DNA of 64,000 bases. It comes from Eledone cirrhosa (Eukaryota). Under the pieces are notes generated by a model, which searched no databases, was not told where the DNA came from, and worked only from the letters and a program-made list of their open reading frames with translations. Positions 49,601 to 61,881 of this stretch are shown here, one piece after another (positions within the stretch are counted from its first letter, which is position 1; each line of letters opens with the position of its first letter). The translations under genes were made by a program, and so were the position numbers. The stretch is taken from the NCBI GenBank assembly GCA_964016885.1, contig CAXHJY010000335.1:10354-74353 (forward strand), written 5' to 3'.

Positions 49601-50100
49601 TTGTTCTTTTGTTGGAACATGGTGTTGGTAACACACAGATCCAGCTCCTCACACATCTGCAGCAGGAGGATACCATTGTTGTTACACTTTCCCACCCCAT
49701 ACCAACCGATTCATTCCATGTGTTAAAATCCCTACCCACTTTAACATTAAAATCACCAAGCACGATGACTTTGTCTGCCTGAGGGATATTTCTTAAAACA
49801 CCTATCAAGGCATGGCAAAAGGACACTTTTTCTTCATTACAGAATTCATAGTTGGAGCATACACACTCACCAGGGTCGCATATCTTCCTTTCTCCAGCGG
49901 AATTCTCGTGGACATAAGACGCTCACTAATCCCCACTGGGAATTCTTCTAATTTATTCACAAGAACAGTCTTAACAGCAAATGCTGCCTCAGCCTCTCTT
50001 CTGGTTCCTTCATCTCTTCCTTTCCAGAAGAATGTATATTCTCCACAAAATTCTGTAAGATGGCCATCTCCAGCTAACCTCGTCCCAGATAAAGCTATGA
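46642..50100 (-). mobile_element. Decayed BovB-like RTE LINE with three C-terminal C2H2 fingers
   Basis: Endonuclease remnants (ALSGTR, GDFN, WHLLDY, TDH); RT (LPESQSGFR, VKQGD, YADD at about 47990); zinc fingers in 46818-47120. Confidence 0.92.
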
Positions 50101-50128
50101 TTTATGTATGTATTTATGTATGTATTTA

Positions 50129-50152
50129 CAATTAAATACATACATGCCTACA

Positions 50153-50186
<34 letters not shown>

Positions 50187-50610
50187 CATACATACATGCA
50201 TACATGCATACATACATGCATACATACATGCATACGTACAAATATATATACATTCATACATGCATACATGGTGGCTGCCAACTCGTTTTCGAGTACGGCC
50301 ACTACTTTATATCCATGTAGGAGAACTCCTACCGATACGCTGAACAAGTGTGACTTTTTAGTCCAGCCAACGACTTGAAAACTCTGGTACAAACACTACA
50401 CTTGTGACAATTATTGACACATAGTGCTGGGCCCATGGCACCATGTGACGACAAGTGCAGAGAGATCTCCATATATAAAGCAATGCCTGTGCCGTGAAGC
50501 TTTTATAGTGAGCAAAGGCACTGCACAAAGCCAGTCCCACTCTCTTAACCAAGATAATATTTACCAAAAAGAAGAACAAGTCAACATCATTGGATACCAT
50601 CAGGGTTGCA
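50129..50610. repeat. Unclassified repeat X, copy 2
   Basis: CAATTAAATACAT...CATGGTGGCTGCCAACTCG...CATCAGGGTTGCA as in copy 1. Confidence 0.9.
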
Positions 50611-50669
50611 TACATATATACATACATACATACATACATACATACATACTTACATACATACATACATAC

Positions 50670-50700
<31 letters not shown>

Positions 50701-51245
50701 CATACATACTTACATACATACATACATACAGGCATACATACATACATACATACATACTTACATACATACATACTTACATACACTGACACATAGAGATACT
50801 ATCACATTGCCACACTACTCTCACACATACACATAGTCATACTGCCATAAATACACACACACTTACTCATAGTGATGCAGTCACATTACCATACAGACAT
50901 ACGCACACAGACACATAGTGAGACAGCTACACTACCACATAATCACACTATCATACACACATACACACAGAGACATACACATAATTACTCTTTCACACAG
51001 TCACACTACCATGCACACACACATTTATATTGCCACCCCAGAACCTCACTACGAAACACACACAATTATATTACTACACACCCACACTAGCATACATACA
51101 CATACACACATGCACACACATACACATAATTACACACTCACACACTCAGTAATACTGTCACATATCCACTCTACCGTACACACAGTTATTGTTCCACACA
51201 TCCGTATAGTGACAGGTCCACACTACCACAATTAAACGTTTAACA

Positions 51246-51727
51246 CTGAGGTTCTCAATTTCTTTGGCGCCCGCCCCCTCCCCCTCGAAATACCCTCAGC
51301 GCACTCCGCCCCTATTTACAGACAGACCTGCATACACTGAAATTATAAATAATTGTTTCTACTTTTGGTACTTATGACAGTACATTACTGGTACTTTATT
51401 TTATCGACCCCGTAAGGACGAAAGGCAAAGTTAACTTCGGCGGGATTTGAACTCAGAATGGAAAGGGCCGAAACTCTATGCGTCAAAGAATGGCGTCCGA
51501 CCCTCTACCATAAATAATATATAAATAACATCGTTAATTTATATATAATAAATAATAATATATACTATGTATAAATAAATATATATTTTTTATTTTACTA
51601 TATTTATATATATGTATCATTTGATATTTAATACACTATTATATAATCTCTATCACCCCCTTAGGCTGCAATGCCTCCCTGGACATTCTCAACACCCTCG
51701 GGGGGTAGCACCCACTTTGAGAACCTG
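51246..51727. mobile_element. hAT/Charlie-like MITE with a nested minus-strand SINE
   Basis: Termini CTGAGGTTCTCAA / TTGAGAACCTG; imperfect 8-bp TSD GTTTAACA / CTTCAACA. Confidence 0.55.
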
Positions 51728-52129
51728 CTTCAACACAATAAAACATCCACTATAGGCAAAATCACCCCCTAAATAATTAATATCTTATCCACGAAACCTG
51801 ATATTTATCACCAAAAATAAATTCAAACCAAATTCCAATCTAATCCAGACCTCACTCCTGTTAGAGAACCCCTCCCCCCTTGTTGACCCCCACCGCTTTC
51901 TGTTTGGTTTTGGTCATGTCAGGGCTGTAGCCATACTCACCACGCTTGGCCAATTGCGGGTTGGTGAGGCTATTTAACTTAATAAAGATAACGAATTAAA
52001 ATTGAAATTAAAATCAACCCACAACCCTGGTATTAAGAGGACGAATTTCATCAGGCCATAATCGCTCTCAATATTGGGTTTATGTCCAGTTAAGGTTAGG
52101 GTTAGCGCTAAGATTAGGGTTAGCGTTTA

Positions 52130-54905
52130 TATTATATTATATTTTGGCAGTATCGGTAGAGGGTCGGACGCCAAGCTTTCCAACATAGTTACGTCCCTTT
52201 ACGATCTGAGTTCAAATCCCGCCGAGGCTAACTTTGCCTTTCATCCTTACGGGGTCGATAAAATAAAGTACCAGTAATGTACTGGGTAATTGCTGGCCTT
52301 GTGCCTAAACTAGAAACAATTATATTATATTATATTATATTTTATTATATTATATTATACTATATTATATCCCCGCCGAGGTTGACTTTGCCTTTCATCC
52401 TTACGGGGTCGTTAAAATAAAGTACCAGTAATGTACTGGGTAATTGCTGAATCAATTATATTATACTTTATTATATTAAATTATACTATATTATATTATA
52501 TTATACTATATTATATCCCCGCCGAGGTTGACTTTGCCTTTCATCCTTACGGGGTCGTTAAAATAAAGTACCAGTAATGTACTGGGTAATTGCTGAATCA
52601 ATTATATTATACTTTATTATATTAAATTATACTATATTATATTATATTATACTATATTATATTATACTGTATTATAATATATATTATATTATATTATATT
52701 ATATTATACTATATTATATTATATTATACTATATTATATTATACTGTATTATAATATATATTATACTATATTATATTATATTATACTATATTATATTATA
52801 CTGTATTATAATATATATTATATTATATTATATTATATTATACTATATTATATTATATTATAATCCCGCCGAGGTTAACTTTGCCTTTCATCCTTACGGG
52901 CTTGATAAAATAAAGTACCAGTAATGCACTGCGTAATTGCTGGCCTTGTGCCGATAGTAGAAACAATTATATTATATTATATTATACTATATTATATTAT
53001 ACTATATTATATTATATTATATTATATTATATTATATTATATTATATTATATTATATTATATTATATTATATTATATTATATTATATTATATTATATTAT
53101 ATTATATTATATTATATTATATTATATTATATTATATTATATTATATTATATTATATTATATTATATTATACTAGCGGTGGATTGGCGGTATAGGTATAG
53201 GGTCAGACATGCTTTCCAGCGTAGTTACGTCTCTTTACGATCTGAGTTCAAATCCCGCTGAAGTTAACTTTGCCTTTCATCCTTACGGGGTCGATAAAAT
53301 AAAGTACCAGTAATGTACTGGATAATTGGTGGACTTGTGCCTAAAGTAGAAACAATTATATTATATTATATTACTTGTGCCTAAAGTAGACTTGTGCCTA
53401 AAGTAGAAACAATTATACTATACTATACTATACTATACTATACTACACTACACTACACTACACTACACTACACTACACTACACTACACTACACTACACTA
53501 CACTACACTACACTACACTACACTACACTACACTACACTACACTACACTACACTACACTACACTACACTACACTACACTACACTACACTACACTACACTA
53601 CACTACACTACACTACACTACACTATACTATATTATAATATATTATACAGGGCGGTGGATTGGCAGTATCGGTAGAGGGTTTGACGCCATGCTTTCCAGC
53701 ATAGTTACGTCCCTTTATGATCTGAGTTCAAATCCCGCCGAGGTTGACTTTGCCTTTCATCCTTACGGGGTCGATAAAATAAAGTACCAGTAATGTACTG
53801 GGTAATTGCTGGCCTTGTGCCTAAAGTAGAAACAATTATATTATATTATATCCCGCCGAGGTTAACTTTGCCTTTCATCCTTACGGGGTCGATAAAATAA
53901 AGTACCAGTAATATACTGAGATAATTGCTGGCCTTGTGCCAAACGTAGAAACAATTATATTATACTATATTATATTATATTATACTATAATATATTATAT
54001 TATATTATATTATATTATACTATATTATATTATACTATATTATATTATATTATATCCCGCCGAGGTTAACTTTGCCTTTCATCCTTACGGGGTCGATAAA
54101 ATAAAGTACCAGTAATATACTGAGATAATTGCTGGCCTTGTGCCAAACGTAGAAACAATTATATTATACTATATTATATTATATTATATTATATTATATT
54201 ATACTATATTATATTATACTATACTATATTATATTATATTATATCCCGCCGAGGTTAACTTTGCCTTTCATCCTTACGGGGTCGATAAAATAAAGTACCA
54301 GTAATATACTGAGATAATTGCTGGCCTTGTGCCAAACGTAGAAACAATTATATTATACTATATTATATTATATTATACTATATTATATTATATTATACTA
54401 TATTATATTATATTATACTATATTATATTATATTATATTGTGAATTGGCAGTATCGATAGAGGGATGGACGCCATGTTTTCTAGCATAGTTACGTCCCTT
54501 TACAGTTTGAGTTCAAATCCCGCCGAGGTTGACTTTGCCTTTCATCCTTACGGGGTCGATAAAATGAAGTACCAGTAATGTACTGGGTACTTGCTGGCCT
54601 TGTGCCTAAAGTAGAAACAATTATATTATATTATACTATACTATATTATATTATATTATATTATACTATATTATACTATATTATATTATACTATATTATT
54701 TTATATTATATTATACTATATTATATTATATTATATTATACTATATTATACTATATTATATTTTATTATACTATACTATATTATATTATATTATATTATA
54801 TTATATTATATCATATGATATTATACTATATTATACTAGATTATATTATATTATATTATATTATATTATCTTATACTATATTATATTATATTATATTATA
54901 TATTA
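52130..54905 (+). repeat. Tandem array of about 10 SINE copies separated by (TATAT)n/(TACAC)n
   Basis: Longer copies at about 52146, 53174, 53650 and 54440; truncated copies at about 52369, 52514, 52863, 53850, 54054 and 54243. Confidence 0.93.
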
Positions 54906-55536
54906 TGTATATAAATAGGGAGACACAAAGTAGGCTTTCTTTACAAAGGGCTAGCGAATTTGAAAATTAGGTAATGATATGTGGTTCTGTCGTATTTGAC
55001 TAAAGAGAATTAGTCTGTTAGTTGGGATTTAAAAAAAAACCCTGAATGGAAAAAAGGATGATTATTGACGTACATGGGGCATGAACCCACATCTTTATTA
55101 CATTATAATATATATATACATATATATATATATATATTGATATAAAAATGAAAAAACTCATAGCTAGAATAGCCGTTAAAACAGCCAAATGCTGTCAATA
55201 ACAGCGATGGGCAAATATGCCTCAGAGGGTAGAGACCAGCGGACAGTGGTCAGCAGAGAGACGTTCTACGAGGTGAGAGATATGCAGATGAAAGAGGAGG
55301 AGGATAAGGAGAAGTGTGTTGGCGCAGAGAAGTGACTAGAAGAATGAAATAAAGACAGACGGTGTACAAGAGAAGTTCACACACACACATCATCACCCTC
55401 ATCAGCTTTCAAACAAGCAAAATGGTTTCGTACGATTTAATTGAAACCCCGGCGGCATTTGAACGTAGAACAAAGAGAGTCACAACATTGCTAAGCATTT
55501 GTCCGACGCTCTAACGACTATGCCTATTTACCGCCC

Positions 55537-55590
<54 letters not shown>

Positions 55591-55592
<2 letters not shown>

Positions 55593-58500
55593 TTTCTTTA
55601 TTAACCACAAGGGTTTACATAAAGTAGACATTAAGGACAGTGCAGGACAATACAGGACGGTACAAATGGGCATTTCTGCGTGTAAAAACAAAAACAGAGG
55701 ATGTAACAAAAAATAACAATGAAAAATTCCCCAATAGGGGGGAGACTTCGGAGGGACATTTGTGGAGAAAGCCCAGTAAAAGGCCACAATGACCCTGACC
55801 ACCAAGGCAAGTGCCCTCTCCCAGTTTTCCACCTTTAATTTACAGATATATACTCAGAGTAGGCCCCTTCACTCGGGCCATTCTTGCTTCTCACACCCAT
55901 CTTTCAACAAAATGCTGGGAAGAGAGCACTTCCCTCTCTACTCTGATTTTCCTTTTCAAATGAAATTTGAAAAAGTCAATCAGAGCATCACCGAAGAGGT
56001 AAGTGCTCGTCTTCAGCCCTTTCAAACGTGTCCACCATACTATCTCTTTCGCCATGGCCACCAGACAGATAAAAACTGCCTGCCCTTCCCGGCTAAAGGA
56101 AGAGGGCAGGGCAATCCTCACGATGGACTCAGATGATAGCCGGATCCGTCCTAAACGCGACAGCAGGTGTTCGACATAAACCCACAAGTCAGCAATTTTC
56201 GGACACTAGACGAGTGCGTGCAGGACGGTTTCGTCGCCCTGCGCGCATCTCGGACATGCCCGGCTGACGGCACCTCCATGCCTGTAGAGTTTATCCCGAA
56301 CTGGCAAAGCTCCTCGGTAGCACTGCCAGGCCAGAAATTTCTGGAAGTTGTCCATAGGCCCTGGCCCGAAAGTTCTTCCGAAGAGATTGGCTAGTTGATT
56401 TTCGTCGACGCCTAGAGTTTCCCCAAGTACGTCGTCGCTCTTCCCCTCCACTAATCCTCTATAGAACGCCGAGGTGGAGTTTCCACCGATCACATTGCCC
56501 GATTGGTCGAGGGCTGTGAGCGCCTGAAGACATTCCAGTCTCCAGCCGCCCCCTCTCGGTCTTCGCTTGACCCAGGACTGCAGCTCCGTCAAGGAAACGA
56601 GCTGGGGAAATACGTGTCTAGCAAACGGCGACCACACCTGATCACCGTCGAGGAAGAGGTGGAGATGTCGTAGCCTGAGCGCGTGCCTGCGCATCATCAG
56701 CCACGGCATGCCCAGCCCTCCACGTAGCGGGTGTTGACAACAGATGGACCGCCTGACCATCGGAGCGCGTCCCTTCCACAAAAAGCGAAAGAGCAAACGC
56801 TCCAGCGCAGTCAGGCGAGGCTTAGGACAAGGTACGACGGTCAGGCGGTAGCAGATGACGGACGCGATGTACGCGTTAGCCACCTCCGCTCGACCTTTCA
56901 GGAATAGCTTCCTCTCCGCCCATTTCTGTGTGAGAGAAGCCACCCTGCTCGTCACCTCGTCCCAGTTTTTGTCCGTCTGGAGGTCCGGACCGAACCAGAC
57001 TCCTAGCAATTTAACCGGTCCGTCTGTCCAGCATCCAACGACGCTGTTGGACGGCATGGACCTGCCTCTCCAGGTGCCGAGTTGCAGGCCCACTGACTTT
57101 TCCTGGTTGATCATTGCTCCTGTCACCGCTTCGTATTCTCTTAGTGTAGTGCTGATCGCCTCGATTTGTTTGGCATTCGACACCACTACGGTGACATCGT
57201 CCGCATATGCTGACACGGATCTTCCGCATCCTAGTTCGCGCGGGACGCCCCTCAACGTCTCCAGTTTGTGCAGTAATGGCTCGAGAGTCAATACGTACAA
57301 GAGGGACGAGAGGGGACATCCTTGGCGGACCGAGCGCATGATGTTGAACGGTTCCGAAAGGTGACCGTTCACTCTCACCACAGAGCAGATGTCGCTGTGC
57401 ATGGCAGCGATCCAGCCTCTGAAGACGGGCCCAAAGCCACCGCCCTCAGGACTGCCGCTAGGTAACGATGGTCGACCCTATCGAAAGCTTTCGACTGATC
57501 TAAATTGATCAAGGACCCACCCGTGCCAGGTTCCCTAGCTACCCTCACTACGATGTATCGCATGAGGTGGAGGTTGTCGTGGATGGATCTGTCGGGAATG
57601 GCGCATGTCTGCGCCTCTCCCACCAGACCACCAACGACAAGCGCCAACCTCTTTGCTAGCACCTTGGCCAAAATCTTGAACTCTGTGTTTAGCAGAGTTA
57701 TGGGCTTGAAATTATCTATGTTATCCCCCTTGTTCGGATCCTTTCTCAGCAGTGCCACCGCTCCTCGGCTCACAGAGCTGGGAATTCTCCCGTTCTGTTG
57801 CCAGTTACAGTGGATGTCCGCCAAGAGGCCTCCGAACAAGTCTGGCCTCTGTACGTAAAGTTCATAGGGCAGACCATCCAAACCAGGCGATTTACCCCTT
57901 GTGCAGCCAGTCATTGCCTCCCGTACTTCAGCGGCTGTTATCGGCTTTTCGCAACACTCCGCCTCAGTGGCCGAGAGCCGCGGCAGTCCGTCGAAGGTAG
58001 ACACTAAAGTCCATCCCTCGACCCGGCCCACCGCTGCCCCCGAACAGCTGCGCGAAGTGTCTCTGAAAAGCTTCACACATTTGCCCGGGATCGAGTAGCA
58101 TGCGCCCGTCGTGGTCCACCAAAGACCGGATCGTGGCTTTGTTTCCACGACGCGCCTCCGCCACTCGGGCCCATTGAACGGCTTTCGTCCCCTCGTGTCT
58201 GAGAGCACGCACCCTAGCTCTGACAACGCAGCCTTCGTGCTTTGCATTGAAGAATTGGTCAAGGGCCAATTTCGCCGCAAGCACGTCGGTCGCGATGCCT
58301 TTGCTAAGCGCCTCGTCTAATTTTCTAACTAGTTCTCCCTCTGCTCTATTTTTCTCTTTTGCTAAAGCCTTACTAAACCTAATGGATTCTATTCTAATCG
58401 CTCTTTTCAGAGCAAACCACCACTTGTTGTTGACGATAGCCCCGTCAACGCCCGCTTAACTAGTTCGCTAATCAGGTCTCTATAAGCTTTGCGCGCTGGT

Positions 58501-61500
58501 AAGGACGCGTTTAGCTTCCAGTAGCCGGGTCCTCGTCTATGAAGCCTATCTAAGTCAAACACACAGATCACGAATTTGTGGTCCGTGTAGCTGACTATCT
58601 TGAATTGTGGACAGCCTATGCGAGACCTATCTATTTCCCTACAAAATACTCTATCTAGATATGATCTGGATGACCCTATGCGATTTGTCCAAGTCCACAT
58701 TGGTACATTCGGGAAATCCAATCTCGGTACCTGTCAGACAGTTCAAAACACCTGAGCAGGTTGGTGAGGCTCTTGCACCCTCCACCCCTATCCGCTAATC
58801 CCACACAGTGCCAGCGTGCATCTAAGATCCCGTTCCAGTCGCCAACTAACACTAAAGAGCGGGACGTTCCAAGAAAGGTCTCCAGACGCCGGAAGAAATC
58901 AGGCCGCCCTGCTCCTGTCGGGGCATAGACGGCCACTAGCCTGAAAGCTTGCCCTTCTCCGCTGGTCACGTCCAGCACCACCAACTTACCCTCTGGGTCC
59001 AGGAAGATGGCCCGTATGGCGAGATCCAAACCTCTCCGAAAAAGAACAGCAACTCCTCCCCCCGATCCAGGACGGCTGGGAGATGCGTACGCATCGTAGC
59101 CGCCGAAGATCGGTGCGAAGGCCCGTGCTTCGGAGATTCTGGTCTCGCTGATGGCCACTACATCTATGTTTAGTGACCTGAGGTCGTTGAGCAGGTGACC
59201 CTGCTTCCATGACGACCCCAAGCCACGCGCATTTATGCTGCCTATTCTGAGTGAGATCATGTTTAAAATGGAGTGGAAAAGATGGGAAAGACCACTTACC
59301 GTACTTTTCGTAGAGGAAGGATGGTTTCTCCATCCCTTTTCACTTCATCGTCTGGTGAAGGGACCGTTGAATCGTCCCTTCGGCTGGTCGTCGGCTCTTC
59401 TATGAGTATGTCCGAATATACTCTCCGGTTGAGAGTCCCTCCTAGGTCTCTGAAATCACCAACTGCGTTGGGGAATTTCGTTTTAATGTTTGTGTATTGT
59501 TTCTGTGCTATTTTTACCAGTCTTATGTTCGTTGGCGTTTTGATTGCTGCTGGTATTATGTAGTCGTGCTGTGAAATGTCTGTGTGTTCAATTATGTAAG
59601 TCATTAGTTTCTTGTTGTGTGTATTTATTGCCGTGCATTTGTTTTTCTGGGGGTAGGGTGTGGTTCTGCTATTTTCTTGTCGTTGTTGCTGGGTGTGTGT
59701 GTTTTGTTGTTGTGTTTGCGATGTTGGTGCTTGTGGTGGTGGTGTTGAAGGTGTTGTCGCCGGTGGTGATGGTGGTGCTAGTGGGGTGGTGATGATGTTG
59801 GTGGTGTTACTGTTGTGAGTCTCTTTGCAGTAGCCTTTACCCTTTTTTCATTTCTTTCCTCTCTTTTCGAAGGCGACGACGCGCTGCTTCTGCGTTTGTG
59901 CCTTCTTATGACCTTTTGCCATCCCTCTCCCACCTCACACTCCATGTCTGATTCTGTGAGGTCGGGGAGGGGTTCCAGCTCCACTCTTTCACTTGTTGTT
60001 GTTGGTGATGTTTGCAGTGGAGTCTCTGTTGCAGCTGCATTTGGTATTACTGTTGTTGTTGTTAATACTTCCACTGCTGCTGCTGTTCTTGATTTCCGTG
60101 GCGTGGGTATGGGTGCCACGGACCTATCATTCCTGGTTGCCGCTTGTCCTGTTGCTGGTAGCCGTGGAGCCGGTTTCGGAAGGAGGGGGGTTTTCTCCTT
60201 TCTCAGGATCTTCTCGTTGCAGAAGGCCCTGAGGTGAGTCTTCGATCCACAGCGAAAGCATTTCGGGCGTTTGCCCTCAACACTTATGGGCAGTTGAGTG
60301 CCGTTATCGAAGTCTATCACATCCGGGATAGCTTCGATGCACTCCTGGTTGGTTTGGATTAACATCTCAATGGAGGTGCCGACCCAATCTTCTCTTACTT
60401 TTTCTGTACTTGCAGTACAGTTGTTTTGTCCTCGATTCCGATGAGGACAGACGCGGCCAGCCAAGAAGGGGCCATCCCGAGGGGGACGTGGGTCAGTTTT
60501 ACTCTCACAATTTTTTGCCCGCAGTAGGAGGACACCAACACCATTTCCTCGCTGCTTAGGGTCACTAAGGATTGAGCCTTTGCCTCCTGGGGTATGGCAA
60601 AAAGCACGTCTACGGTGGCATATTTCTTGCCTCGGGTGATATGCGTTTTCCGCTGCCACACAGACCCTAAGGCTTTTTGTATTTGAGCCTCTGTGGCTCT
60701 TTCAACCCTACGGGATTTTGTGCTTACTGTACGGTACGTGACCGTACAGTGCTGTTGGGTTTCGAAACATTTTTCGGCTGCCTTACAGATTGCTCGGTGT
60801 CTGGTTTTCGTCACCATCTTCTTCGCTTCCTGTAATTCCTCATTTGTTATGAGGATGGTTTCCAGGTTCTTTGCGATACCTGCAAACGAGATTGGTTTTT
60901 CTTTGCTGCTGTTGTTGTTGTTGTTGTCCTCAGAGCTGCTGTTACTTTTGTTGTTGCTGCAGGTACTACGACTACTGCCGCCGCCGCTGTTGCTGTGGTT
61001 GTTGTTGTTGCTGCTGCTGCTGTTGTTGTTGCTGCTAATGCTGTTGTTGTTTATGCTGCTGCTGATGCTGTTGCGACTGCTACTGTTGTTTTTCTTGTTA
61101 CTGTTGCTGCTGCTGCTGTTATTACGGCTGCTACTGCTATTATTCATGACGTCAGACGAATGAAATGGGTTTTCGTATTTCCCGCACACCTTTTTCATCG
61201 TTGTCGTCGTCGTCGTGGAGAAATTTTGCACGCTTTACACATGATTTTTCTTTACTGGCGTCGCTTGCGAAAGAGAAGGGAGGGAGAGAGACACATTTAA
61301 AGAAGGGAGGGAGAGAGACAATCTTCTCTCTGCTGTAGTGACGATTGAGGAAGAAGAAGACGGAATGAGGGGGAGTGACCTATGAAAATTCTTTTTCGTA
61401 GCCATGTTTTTTTTTTGTTTAAAATAAATATTGGGCACAAAACCCCAATAAGCGGTTATTTAACCCCGAAGGGCCAAATAACGGGCAGAAAGACCCCGCT

Positions 61501-61620
61501 CACGAGGAGGAGGGTGTTTTTGTCTACAATTTGGTTAAAGTTTTAAACAATTTACAAATGTTATAGCTGTCAAAATTTACAATACCTTACAGAGCCGAGC
61601 CTCCGACAACCATAGCATTC
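55591..61620 (-). mobile_element. Apparently full-length Tx1-clade LINE E5 in (TAA)n, frameshifted
   Basis: 5' UTR; ORF1 about 61231-59296 (Ser/Asn tract, CFRCGSKTHLRAFC knuckle); ORF2 59260-55840 (APE, RT, CCHC); AATAAA; (AAT)n at 55538-55590 and 61621-61650. Confidence 0.93.
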
Positions 61621-61651
<31 letters not shown>

Positions 61652-61881
61652 GTTTCTGATTTAGGCACAAGGCCAACAATTTGGGGCAAGGGAAAAGTCG
61701 ATTAAATCAACCCCAGTGTGATATTATTATTATTTCTTGTTCAAATCCCGCTGAGGTTAACTTTGCCTTTCATCATTACGGGGTCGATAAAATAAAGTAC
61801 CAGTAATGCACTGGAGGCGATTTAATCGACTTTCCCCTCCCCCAAAATTACTGGCCTTGTGCCTAAATCAGAAACCATTAT

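Noticed and set aside
52091-52125. TTAGGG telomere-like repeats
   Set aside because: Only two exact units among degenerate ones, too short to call.
52577-54970. ILYY and TTLHY repeat ORFs
   Set aside because: Translations of pentanucleotide microsatellites.
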